NCBI GenBank assembly: GCA_020355085.1
Contig: CP070657.1
Location: 1,967,109 to 2,025,504 of the forward strand
Reading direction: 5' to 3'
Length of the DNA: 58,396 nt
From: Deltaproteobacteria bacterium
GTDB taxonomy: Bacteria; Desulfobacterota; DSM-4660; Desulfatiglandales; B25-G16
Part shown: piece by piece, positions 20,387-29,432 of the stretch
Position numbering within the stretch: the first letter of the stretch is position 1
Layout of the letters: every line of letters begins with the position of its first letter
Notes under the pieces: model-generated
What the model was told of the DNA's origin: nothing
The model's input: the letters and a program-made list of their open reading frames with translations, nothing else
The model's database searches: none
Program-made: the position numbers and the translations under genes

Positions 20387-21433
20387 TTAGACCCTTCCGA
20401 CCGCAGGCGTCGGCCCTGTGCCGTATTCCCGCACCGCTCGCACATAGGTCTCTACGTTTTCCCGTTTCGCATCGGGCCATATATCACACCCGGGCCAGAC
20501 CGCATCGACCCCGGCATCGATACACGCCTTGATCACGTGGACCACCTCTGATGCATCCATCTGGACCAGGGTTTCGTAGGGATCGAAATTGCCCAGCAGC
20601 AGCACCTCATTCCCGAGCCTTTTGCGGGATTCGGCCACGGTGTTCTTCTGGTCCACGCTGAGGGCATCAGCACCGCACTCGCTCATCATCTCTATGATCA
20701 TATCAGTGGATCCGCAGATATGAAGAATCTTGGGCGATTCCAGGGCCGAGAAGACCCTCTGGAGATTCCCCTGAACGAGGCGCTTCCACACGCGGGGGGA
20801 GATGATATCGGTACCTGAACCCATCTCGCGGATATTCATATAATCCACACCCAGGTCCTGATAGTGACGGGCCACCTTGATGACGAGGTCGGTCATTTGT
20901 GAGAGAAAATGCTCCACCTTTTCCGCTTCCTTTCTGGTTCCCTTGAGCAGCACATCCAGCTCGATGAGCTGGCCGGCCATGGTGAAGGGTCCGAGCACCC
21001 AACCCCCTAAGGCAAATCTCCCATCACACCTCGATTTTAAAACACCCAAGGCATCATCCACCACCGGCATCCTTCCCTTGCTCAGATAATCGGCGGAAAT
21101 GGCTCCCTCATCCAGGGTTGCCCACTTGGAGGGCACGGTGGGATAGAGGATTTCATCGGAGTCCTGATACAGGCTCACCCCCCGGCCTAGGGCCTCGGGC
21201 ACCGTGCACATATCGTAAGGGATCACCACCGCATCAAAACCGAACAGTTCCGCAGTGGTCATGGCCGAGAGGGCCATGTGCTCCGCTGAGGTGTGCACCT
21301 CGGCAAAGCGTATTCCCATCTGCTCAATGGCCTGAACGGTCACCATGCCCATACCGCTAAAACAGGGCATCCGATCCACCGGCTCTCGCTTGAAGAATTT
21401 CAGAATCCGTTCCTTGGGCATCATTTCCGTCAT
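20387..21433 (-). CDS. Uroporphyrinogen-decarboxylase-family Zn methyltransferase (MtaA/MtbA/MtvB-like)
   Basis: 348 aa URO-D fold with the Zn motif LHICGS ... WPGCDIW. Confidence 0.82.
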   Translation of the reverse strand: MTEMMPKERILKFFKREPVDRMPCFSGMGMVTVQAIEQMGIRFAEVHTSAEHMALSAMTTAELFGFDAVVIPYDMCTVPEALGRGVSLYQDSDEILYPTVPSKWATLDEGAISADYLSKGRMPVVDDALGVLKSRCDGRFALGGWVLGPFTMAGQLIELDVLLKGTRKEAEKVEHFLSQMTDLVIKVARHYQDLGVDYMNIREMGSGTDIISPRVWKRLVQGNLQRVFSALESPKILHICGSTDMIIEMMSECGADALSVDQKNTVAESRKRLGNEVLLLGNFDPYETLVQMDASEVVHVIKACIDAGVDAVWPGCDIWPDAKRENVETYVRAVREYGTGPTPAVGRV

Positions 21434-21536
21434 AGCCTCTCTCCTCCCTCACCAAAATCGTGATCAATACCTCAAGCACACAGCCAGACAACCGGCAAAC
21501 CGAGCCTCTATAGCGCCTTTTTGCAAGGGAATCCCG

Positions 21537-22487
21537 CTACCGTACTTCAACCTGTTCCACAAACTCGGGAAAGAGCTTATAGAGCGGATGGCTGTCCGAG
21601 GCAGGGAGTTTTTTTGTTTCGCCAAAGACCAGCGTGGCCGTAAAGGCATCGGCCAGGGCTACTGCCGGAAAAAGCCTGGGGGAGCCTGCCATGGGCCCAG
21701 AGAAGATCATATCGTGAAACAGGGTCGATGCAAGCCCAGCCAAGGCGGCATCGGCACCGGCCCAGCCCTTGAAACCCCACAGCTCGCGTGCGCTCTTCCA
21801 CATGTAGGAGCCGTTCGAAGGGGCGCTGGCGCAAGGGAATCCCCACTTCTTTTTAATTAACCGGTTTGCCAGTGAACACAGGGCTACTGCCGGTGCGTTC
21901 ATGGCCGAGGTATCGACAATAATACTCTCAAAACTGGCCCCGACCCTTTCTATGGAATCCAAGAGCCTCTGGGTACCTGTGACACGTCCGGTGGGCATCT
22001 GGTCCTCCTGATCAAAGGCCACCAGCAGGACATGTTTGACCCCCAGAGCGGAAATTCCCCGTATCTCGGTCTCGAGATCCTTCTCCCAGACGGTGAGGCT
22101 GTTGTAAAACATCCGGTCCAACAATCCCCTTTCAGCACAGTAGCTTGCCCCCTCCAATTTCGCCTTCATGACCCAGGCATCGATACAAAAGGGCATGTCG
22201 GTGATGCTCGTAACGAAATCAATATGGGTCTTAAACTCCGCCCCCGTATTAGCCACAATATCGGCCATGCAGGGGACCCCCGTCTCTGCTGAAAGTTTTT
22301 CCGTCATCCTCAAGAGCTCTTCGGCTCTTTTTCTGTTAAACTCTTCCTTACGCTTGGTACCCTCAAGGACGCGATCTCCCTTCTGAAAGAGGGAGGGCAC
22401 AACCACGGTGGGATAGTCACCGGGCTGACCACCCAATCTCACGCCGCCGATCTCACAGACTTTCTGCTCGGTAGAAAAGTGAAACAT
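21537..22487 (-). CDS. MtrH-family methyl-pterin:corrinoid methyltransferase
   Basis: MFHFSTEQKVCEIGGVRLGGQPGDYPTVV parallels the MtrH start MFxFDKEQxVxxIxGxKIGGQPGEYPTV. 316 aa. Confidence 0.85.
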   Translation of the reverse strand: MFHFSTEQKVCEIGGVRLGGQPGDYPTVVVPSLFQKGDRVLEGTKRKEEFNRKRAEELLRMTEKLSAETGVPCMADIVANTGAEFKTHIDFVTSITDMPFCIDAWVMKAKLEGASYCAERGLLDRMFYNSLTVWEKDLETEIRGISALGVKHVLLVAFDQEDQMPTGRVTGTQRLLDSIERVGASFESIIVDTSAMNAPAVALCSLANRLIKKKWGFPCASAPSNGSYMWKSARELWGFKGWAGADAALAGLASTLFHDMIFSGPMAGSPRLFPAVALADAFTATLVFGETKKLPASDSHPLYKLFPEFVEQVEVR

Positions 22488-22583
22488 ACGATCTTCACAT
22501 TCGTATCAAAGCTGTTTTTCCCGTTACTCTAGAATTGGGCACAGATGAACAGTTTTCTTAGGAGATGTCACTAAAAGATTCTG

Positions 22584-23696
22584 TCAAAACTCAATCCCCC
22601 TTCTGGCCTTTATACCTTTGTGAAAGGGGTGTTTGATCTCCCTCATCTCGAAAACTGCCGAGGCATGCTTGATCATCTCGGGGTGAGCACCCCGGCCACT
22701 CAAGATAACATGCAGGTTTCTCGGCTTTAAGAACATCATCTCTCTGATCCGATCCGGATGCACAAGGTCCAAATGGGTTGCTATGTTGATCTCATCCAGC
22801 ACTATGAGGCGGTAGGTGAGAGAGAATATCTCCCTCAAGCAGGCCTCCCAGGCGCCTCGTGCGGCATCCCGGTGTTTTTTCGAAGGCCTTGCCGATCCAG
22901 TGATAAAACCCTCACCCATGCTCTTGATCTCGAGATGAGGGAATCTCTCACAGGCAATAACCTCGCCATAGGCAAAGGGAGATTTTATGAACTGTAAAAT
23001 GCTTGAGGGGATTCCATTGGCAGCAAAGAACATGGCCCGCCCAAGGCAATAGGTAGTCTTGCCTTTACCATTTCCCGTTACTACTGCTATGCATCCCTCG
23101 GGATTGCGGCCTTCAATCTCCCAAGATCCATCCTCCGTTTTGTGCTCGACCATTTCGGTTACCAGATCCGCCTCCTCAATAACCTCATCCTCTGCATTGC
23201 TTCCCGTTAAGATCAATTCCACATGAGCGGGTTTGTTCTTCATCAATTTCAGGATATTGTCTGGGGGGATAATGCCCTTGTTGACGATCTGATTGATTTC
23301 CTCCAAGATAACGATATCATACGAGCCGCCAAGAATTATGTCCTGTATGTGTTCAAAGGAGGACCTAATCTTGTTTCTGTCGCTATCGGGTAATTTCTCA
23401 CCAGGGGGTCTACGAGCTATGGGTATTCTCTCGACCACTACGTTCGGCCTAAGAAACGAAAGTGCTTTGTCTTCTGTGCCTACAAATGGATGCGGAACGA
23501 AGCCCATCAAAAAGGTACGCAGGTTTTGCCCCGTGGCCCTGAGACTCAACCCTATATGGGCGAGGTTCATATGCTCCGTCTTTCCGGTATAGACCTGAAC
23601 TAATCCCTGTGTGAGCATTGGCCTAGCTGGCTTGTTTTTCCATTCACCTTGTGCTTCCCAGATCTCCAATCCCCTCTTTATTTCCCTATGATGCAC
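22584..23696 (-). CDS. Tandem cob(I)yrinic acid a,c-diamide adenosyltransferase (CobO/BtuR)-like protein; N-terminal copy has a degenerate P-loop
   Basis: The C-terminal half has VVTGNGKGKTT ... DEINIA ... IKHPFHKGIKARRGIEF. The N-terminal half aligns to the same fold but reads VYTGKTEHMNLAH. An alternative ATG start is at 23618. Confidence 0.75.
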   Translation of the reverse strand: MHHREIKRGLEIWEAQGEWKNKPARPMLTQGLVQVYTGKTEHMNLAHIGLSLRATGQNLRTFLMGFVPHPFVGTEDKALSFLRPNVVVERIPIARRPPGEKLPDSDRNKIRSSFEHIQDIILGGSYDIVILEEINQIVNKGIIPPDNILKLMKNKPAHVELILTGSNAEDEVIEEADLVTEMVEHKTEDGSWEIEGRNPEGCIAVVTGNGKGKTTYCLGRAMFFAANGIPSSILQFIKSPFAYGEVIACERFPHLEIKSMGEGFITGSARPSKKHRDAARGAWEACLREIFSLTYRLIVLDEINIATHLDLVHPDRIREMMFLKPRNLHVILSGRGAHPEMIKHASAVFEMREIKHPFHKGIKARRGIEF

Positions 23697-23830
23697 CTGG
23701 TCTGAGAAATATCATAGAACCTATAGCACTTTCCGTGTTTGGACACAATTCTTTAGGTCTCACGATTGACAGGAACCATTTAATCGGTTAAAAAACGACA
23801 GCAGAAGTTTCGAAATCAAGAAATAGGCGC

Positions 23831-24361
23831 ATGGCGAAAAAAGGGGATAATTTGGGGCTAATTCACATCTATACAGGGCCCGGAAAGGGAAAAACAACTG
23901 CTGCCCTCGGTCTGGCTCTGAGGGCTGTCGGACATGATCTCAAGATTGCCATTGTTCATTTCATGAAAATATGGGACTACGGCGAAGTGAATAGCCTCCA
24001 GAGACTTGGGATAGACCTCTTTCGTTACGGAACAACTGAGCTTATCGAACCGGAGAATCCATCACCGGTAGACTTCGAACAGGCAAAGCTGGCCATGGAA
24101 AAAGCCGAAGAACTCGTACGTGGAGGAGCTTACGATATCGTAATCTTGGACGAGATCACCGTGGCCATCGATTTTAATCTCATATCCGTACAGGGTGTGA
24201 TTGACCTGATTGAGAACAAACCCCATAATCTTGAGCTAATTCTTACCGGAAGAACATGCCCTGAGGTACTCATTGAGCGAGCTGACCTTGTCTCTCGCAT
24301 CGATGAGATCAAGCACCCTTACCAGAAGGGACTACAGGCAAGAAAAGGAATCGAATTCTAA
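23831..24361 (+). CDS. cobO: Cob(I)yrinic acid a,c-diamide adenosyltransferase (CobO/BtuR type)
   Basis: IYTGPGKGKTTAALG P-loop and the C-terminal KHPYQKGLQARKGIEF. 176 aa. Confidence 0.9.
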   Translation: MAKKGDNLGLIHIYTGPGKGKTTAALGLALRAVGHDLKIAIVHFMKIWDYGEVNSLQRLGIDLFRYGTTELIEPENPSPVDFEQAKLAMEKAEELVRGGAYDIVILDEITVAIDFNLISVQGVIDLIENKPHNLELILTGRTCPEVLIERADLVSRIDEIKHPYQKGLQARKGIEF

Positions 24362-24380
24362 GTGTTGGAGGCTGCTTTCC

Positions 24381-26279
24381 ATGTTTATCACAGCGATGAG
24401 AAAACACACGAAGGGTATACTGATCAAGATCATCGTAGGCCTTATAGCCGTTGTGTTTACCTTCTGGGGTATTTATACGATCCGGGGGGCTAAACCCGGT
24501 GCGAAGATCGCCTATGTAAACGGCGATTTGATTAGTGGTGTGGAGTTCGAGGCACTCTATCGGGACATGCTCAGGTCATTCCAGCAACAATACAAAGAAT
24601 ACTGGAACGAGAACCTTCTGAAGGCATTAAACATCGAACAGAGGGCCTTGGAGAGCCTCATCAATAAGAGATTGATCAGCCAAGAGGCGGCCCGGCTGGG
24701 TCTCGGGATCACCGATGAAGAGATTGCTGATGCCATATACAATTATCCCGCCTTTCAAATCAACGGTCAATTCGATGAGGGTAGGTACCGGTTCCTTTTA
24801 AGTCAGAACAGGATGCAGCCGGCAGATTTCGAAGCAGGAATAAAACTGGATTTGCTGGGCCAGAAGATCAACCAAACCATCACATCCTTTCTCCCGATTA
24901 CCGAAGCAGAAGTATTGAGCTATTATACCTATCAAAATGAGCAGATTGCTCTTGGGTTTGTGAGCTTTAACCCGGATGATTTTAAGGGTAGCGGAGAGGT
25001 TACTGACGTGAAACGGGATGAATACTTTCAGGAGAATAAGGAAAAGTACAGGATTCCAGCAAAAATAAAGATAGCCTCCCTTACCATCGATCCCTCGGGA
25101 TATCTGGACAAAGTAACCGTTGCAGAGGACGAAATATCGGAGTTCTACGAGCTTAATCCCGAGGCTTTTAAGGAACCGGAACAGGTAAAGGCTCGCCATA
25201 TCCTATTCAAAGTGCCCCCAGGCGCGTCCGAGTCAGAAGATACCAAGGCAAAGGAAGAAGCACTGGCCATCCTAGAAAAGGCCAAGGGGGGAGAGGACTT
25301 TGCCACTCTTGCAAAAGAACACTCTCAGGGCCCCACTGCGTCTAAGGGGGGAGATCTCGGCTATTTCAGCAGAGGACAAATGGTTAAGCCTTTTGAAGAG
25401 CTCGCTTTTAGCCTGAATAAAGGTGAGATCGGCGGTCCGGTAAAAACTCAGTTCGGTTGGCACCTCATTAAGGTCGAAGACAAGAAACCGGCTATCGTGA
25501 AAACCCTTCCCGAGGTCAGAGATCAAATAGAGGCATCCATAAAACAGGATATGGCCAGGGAGATGGCAAACGAAAGGATGTTGACCTTGATGGATCAGAT
25601 GCCATACGACCTTGATCTGGCAACCTATGCGGCCCAGCACGGGCTTACGGTAAAGGAAACTGACTTCTTTCCGAAAGATGGCCCCATTCCGGGTTTTGGA
25701 AGCAATGAACAGCTCCTTCGGTCCATCAACGTCCTGGAAAAGAGCGAGGTAAGCGATATCATCGAACACGAAGACAAGTTTCATCTCATCCAGATTGTTG
25801 ACACGCAAGATTCCTATATTCCTGAAATCAGTGAGGTCTCCGATCAGTTAGACAGTGATCTCAAGAAGCATCTTTCCCTCGTGGCCGCAAAGGAGGAGGC
25901 AAAAAGGTATCTCGAGGAGCTCAAAGGAGGTGCCGGTTGGCCGGAACAGGCTCGGAAAAAGGGCTTAAAAACAGATGAGACCGGTCTTTTTCGCAGAGGC
26001 GGAAGTATTCCTTCGATCGGGTACGCACCGTTTCTCTCCGAGGCTGCCTTTTCCCTTTCGGATCAAAAGAGGTACCCAGATGATGTGTTTGAGGTCGACA
26101 ACAAGGTCTATGTTATTCGATGGCTGAACAAGAAAGGCATCGATATGACTGACTATGAAAAGGAAAAGGACGACTTCAAACAGATGCTTCTCGCTACCAA
26201 AGAGAGAAGGGTCTTTGATGCCTGGCTGAAATCACTCAAAGACAGGGCAGAGATCAAGATTGTAACCCCCATAGGATAA
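24381..26279 (+). CDS. ppiD: Periplasmic chaperone / peptidyl-prolyl isomerase PpiD-like
   Basis: N-terminal TM anchor, SurA-like regions, and the parvulin domain ARHILFK...GGDLGYFSRGQMVKPFE...GWHLIKV. I prefer the ATG at 24381. Confidence 0.85.
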   Translation: MFITAMRKHTKGILIKIIVGLIAVVFTFWGIYTIRGAKPGAKIAYVNGDLISGVEFEALYRDMLRSFQQQYKEYWNENLLKALNIEQRALESLINKRLISQEAARLGLGITDEEIADAIYNYPAFQINGQFDEGRYRFLLSQNRMQPADFEAGIKLDLLGQKINQTITSFLPITEAEVLSYYTYQNEQIALGFVSFNPDDFKGSGEVTDVKRDEYFQENKEKYRIPAKIKIASLTIDPSGYLDKVTVAEDEISEFYELNPEAFKEPEQVKARHILFKVPPGASESEDTKAKEEALAILEKAKGGEDFATLAKEHSQGPTASKGGDLGYFSRGQMVKPFEELAFSLNKGEIGGPVKTQFGWHLIKVEDKKPAIVKTLPEVRDQIEASIKQDMAREMANERMLTLMDQMPYDLDLATYAAQHGLTVKETDFFPKDGPIPGFGSNEQLLRSINVLEKSEVSDIIEHEDKFHLIQIVDTQDSYIPEISEVSDQLDSDLKKHLSLVAAKEEAKRYLEELKGGAGWPEQARKKGLKTDETGLFRRGGSIPSIGYAPFLSEAAFSLSDQKRYPDDVFEVDNKVYVIRWLNKKGIDMTDYEKEKDDFKQMLLATKERRVFDAWLKSLKDRAEIKIVTPIG

Positions 26280-26384
26280 ACAGGACAGGACCAGTAGCTG
26301 AGGAATTTTTTCTTGACATACCCTTGAAATCAAGGTTTATTTCGTTTGTTCCAATTGCACCAAACAGGGAAGGAGAAGCGAACT

Positions 26385-27506
26385 GTGAAAGCATTGAAGC
26401 CCAGCATAATAACCTTATCCGTCTTATTGCTTGTGATCTTTTTTTGTCACTGTGATGCCCAGGCAAGAGACGTTGTAGAAAGCTCTTATCACGGGCAGCT
26501 CGGAAGAAGTTCATCCTTGGGGGGCTGGGGCAATGGTCTCGGAATGTTGGAAAAGTGGGACGCCTTTAACAACTTCAGCTTTGAAAAACAGGGCAGGATT
26601 AGGGGTTTTAAGGAGCACTGTGGGGAATGTCATACCTCGTCCTATCGGGATCCAGCAACGGGAAAGACCGATTGTCTGCTGTGTCATAAGACAAAAGACG
26701 GGAAAGGCAGGCCAACTGTTGCCCAGTGCGCAAAGTGTCACGAGCTGTATGGAAGGCTCAAGAGGGGAGATATCGTTGACGAAGAACACGATGTGCACAT
26801 GGCCATTGGCATGAGATGCCACGATTGCCACGAGAGACTATCGGATAAAAACAGCGATCATCAATTTGCCAAGGGATACGCAATCGATACGACCGAGGAT
26901 ACGGTGGAAGGGACCCTTTCCTGCATCAAATGCCATGAGGAAAAACCCCACGGTAGGGCTGACGAAGGCGATATTCTCGACAGCAATCATGTTACGAAAA
27001 TAGCCTGCATTACCTGTCATGCCGGGCCGCGACCGGCTGAGGCCCTCAAAAGCAGAAGCTGGAACAAATTCACTGAAGACGGAAAGCCCGTAACCGAGAT
27101 GAGAAAGTCAGGATGGATTGCGAAGAATAAGTGGTATATTGGGAAAAAGCTGGGTCACTTCCCCATGCTCGGGGCAACGGATCTCATGGCAAAAATCCAC
27201 CCCTTTAACGAGGTTACCTTCACGTGGTTTGTAAGAAGCGGGGAGAGCGCGCTTGACGATATTATCGCGATCCCCGAGGTTCGAGCAGCAGATGCTGATA
27301 AAGATGGAGAAACCACGATTGAGGAGATGCGGAAATACAAGAAGGAATACAAGGAAGCAACCCTCGTTACCAGGAAATTCAATTACAGCATTTCTCATTC
27401 AGTAGTGCCCAGCGACAAGGCCTTCAGTTGTGATGATTGCCATGGGGAGACCGGCCGTGTCATAGATTGGAAAGAGCTCGGATATGCCTACGATCCCTAT
27501 GAGTAA
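26385..27506 (+). CDS. Periplasmic heptaheme c-type cytochrome
   Basis: Signal peptide plus seven CxxCH motifs: CGECH, CLLCH, CAKCH, CHDCH, CIKCH, CITCH, CDDCH. A GTG at 26385 is preceded by AAGGAG; the ORF opens at a TTG at 26346. Confidence 0.85.
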   Translation: MKALKPSIITLSVLLLVIFFCHCDAQARDVVESSYHGQLGRSSSLGGWGNGLGMLEKWDAFNNFSFEKQGRIRGFKEHCGECHTSSYRDPATGKTDCLLCHKTKDGKGRPTVAQCAKCHELYGRLKRGDIVDEEHDVHMAIGMRCHDCHERLSDKNSDHQFAKGYAIDTTEDTVEGTLSCIKCHEEKPHGRADEGDILDSNHVTKIACITCHAGPRPAEALKSRSWNKFTEDGKPVTEMRKSGWIAKNKWYIGKKLGHFPMLGATDLMAKIHPFNEVTFTWFVRSGESALDDIIAIPEVRAADADKDGETTIEEMRKYKKEYKEATLVTRKFNYSISHSVVPSDKAFSCDDCHGETGRVIDWKELGYAYDPYE

Positions 27507-27535
27507 TGACATCCCTCAGACGTCACAATCATTTT

Positions 27536-27569
27536 GCCCTCCACCTTTTCCGGGTGGAGGGCTTTTTTT
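27536..27569 (+). terminator. Rho-independent terminator after the cytochrome gene
   Basis: A 10-bp perfect stem, GCCCTCCACC / GGTGGAGGGC, with a 7-nt loop followed by 7 T. Confidence 0.85.
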
Positions 27570-27788
27570 CGCAGTTTCTCGATCGATCTCATATGACCGC
27601 AGTGCTCCATTCGAGAGCCTGAACCGAGTTCTTGGGTAACACCGAGGACTTTCTGAAATTGGTGCGTTGGCCTGATTCTTGCTTTTTCTGATCCCGGATA
27701 ATCCGTCTGGTAAACGCCCGGCCTGCTGAAGACACGTTAGGGCTGCTGGCCGAGAGAATTCTAACCCCTTTCAAATAAGGAGCGAATC

Positions 27789-28283
27789 ATGGGAACGAAA
27801 GAGAAGCTCGCCAAGATTTTGACAAAGACGGCCAGAATCTTGCCGGGAATAGGTTCCTATCAGGATAAGGAGTCCGCCCGGGAGAGCGATAAGAAGCTCA
27901 GGGATTACCTAAGCGGCGAGCTAGCCCGCTACCTGAATGCAATTGAAAAACTCAAGACCGACCTCTCTCGTAAAGGGCCTCTCTCATTTCTCAAGGAGCT
28001 GGATGACATATCGAGACAGATCGACAAGCTCTCGCGAACCATTCGGTACGCATCAAGGGGGTATGCCGGCGTCTTCGCTTCTTATCAGGCAGATGAAAAG
28101 GCGCTGTCAGATCTGTTTGAATTCGATCGTTCCCTCAAGGGAGAAATCACTGGTCTCACACCCCTTATCTCGCAAATCTGCGAGAAAGATGGGGGGCTCG
28201 CAGCCCCTTTGCTGAACGAGTTACGGGATCGGCTTTTCGGGGTTGAGCAAAAGGTAGCCGAGCGAGAGACCCTTATAGGTTAA
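27789..28283 (+). CDS. Hypothetical helical protein (164 aa), first gene of the SPFH operon
   Basis: Charged, predicted all-helical sequence with no recognisable motif. Only 24 nt separate it from the next gene. Confidence 0.6.
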   Translation: MGTKEKLAKILTKTARILPGIGSYQDKESARESDKKLRDYLSGELARYLNAIEKLKTDLSRKGPLSFLKELDDISRQIDKLSRTIRYASRGYAGVFASYQADEKALSDLFEFDRSLKGEITGLTPLISQICEKDGGLAAPLLNELRDRLFGVEQKVAERETLIG

Positions 28284-28307
28284 TCTCATTAGATACAGGG
28301 GGCTAAT

Positions 28308-29426
28308 ATGGTATTCATGGAAATCTTGGAATGGTTCGATGAGACAGGTCAGGAAATGGTACATAAGATCCCTGAAAAGGGTTCTGCGGATATCAAATTC
28401 GGTGCACAGGCGATCGTCAGGGAAAACCAGGCAGCCATATTCTTCAGAGACGGCAAGGGGCTCGACCTCCTCGGGCCGGGAAGACACACCCTTTCAACCC
28501 TCAATCTTCCCATACTTACCAGAGTACTTAGCTTACCCTATGGCTTTAAGAGCCCATTTCGTGCCGAGATCTACTTCGTTAATCTCAAGAGCTTTGTCAA
28601 TGTGAAATGGGGAACTAAGGAACCTGTTGCATTCAGGGACAGCGAACTCGGGCTAGTCAGGCTGAGGGCCTTTGGTGTCTATGCCATGAGGATTGTTCAA
28701 CCGCTGCTTTTCGTAAACAGCCTCGTTGGAACCCAGGGCGCCTACAATACCGAACAGGCCGGTAGGTACCTCAGGGAGATCATCGTCTCCCGGTTCAACG
28801 ATATGATAGGAGAAATCCTTGATACCGTCCTTAATCTGCCTCAGCATTACGACGAACTCGGGGTTGCCATCAAAGCAAGGGTTCAGGAGGACTTCGGAAA
28901 GTTTGGAATACTCCTTGAGGATCTGTTTATCAATTCGATCACCCCACCGGTGGAAGTCCAGAAGATGATGGATGAAAAGAGCGGTATGGGGGCTGTAGGT
29001 GACCTAGATGAATTCATGAAATACAAGGCGGCCAAGGCAATGGGTGACGCAGCCAAACAACAGGGTGACGGGGGGACTGCTGGTGCTGGCATGGGCCTCG
29101 GCCTTGGTGCGGGCTTAGGAATGATGATGCCGGGGATCCTTCAACAGTCTATGCAGGCAACAACAGGACCCGCAAAGGCCCAAGCCCTCACGTGCCCCAA
29201 ATGTCAAGCCCAGATAGATCCGAGCTCCCGTTACTGCTCCCAATGCGGACACCAGATTATTATCGAAAATAAATGCCTCCAGTGCGGCAAGAACCTGCCT
29301 GCCAAGGCAAAATTCTGCATGTTCTGTGGCGGAAAGGTGGAAAAGGCCAAGGCCCATTGCCCCCACTGCGGGAAAAAGACTCTTCCCGGTTCTATCTTCT
29401 GTAACAATTGCGGCAAGAAGATCTAG
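28308..29426 (+). CDS. SPFH/Band-7 (YdjI-like) protein with three C-terminal zinc ribbons
   Basis: N-terminus EWFDETGQEMVHKIPEKGSADIKFGAQAIVRENQAAIFFRDGK is typical of YdjI-type SPFH proteins. It has a Gly/Met-rich linker and three CxxC-x(n)-CxxC units. Confidence 0.8.
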   Translation: MVFMEILEWFDETGQEMVHKIPEKGSADIKFGAQAIVRENQAAIFFRDGKGLDLLGPGRHTLSTLNLPILTRVLSLPYGFKSPFRAEIYFVNLKSFVNVKWGTKEPVAFRDSELGLVRLRAFGVYAMRIVQPLLFVNSLVGTQGAYNTEQAGRYLREIIVSRFNDMIGEILDTVLNLPQHYDELGVAIKARVQEDFGKFGILLEDLFINSITPPVEVQKMMDEKSGMGAVGDLDEFMKYKAAKAMGDAAKQQGDGGTAGAGMGLGLGAGLGMMMPGILQQSMQATTGPAKAQALTCPKCQAQIDPSSRYCSQCGHQIIIENKCLQCGKNLPAKAKFCMFCGGKVEKAKAHCPHCGKKTLPGSIFCNNCGKKI

Positions 29427-29432
29427 ATTTCG

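Noticed and set aside
23697-23830. Cobalamin riboswitch in the divergent cobO intergenic region
   Set aside because: The region is only ~135 nt, and I could not find the conserved B12-box-like core or a suitable multi-stem architecture.
24273-24380. Long 5' extension of the ppiD ORF overlapping cobO
   Set aside because: The extension is read out of the cobO 3' end. The conserved PpiD N-terminal TM anchor begins right after the ATG at 24381.
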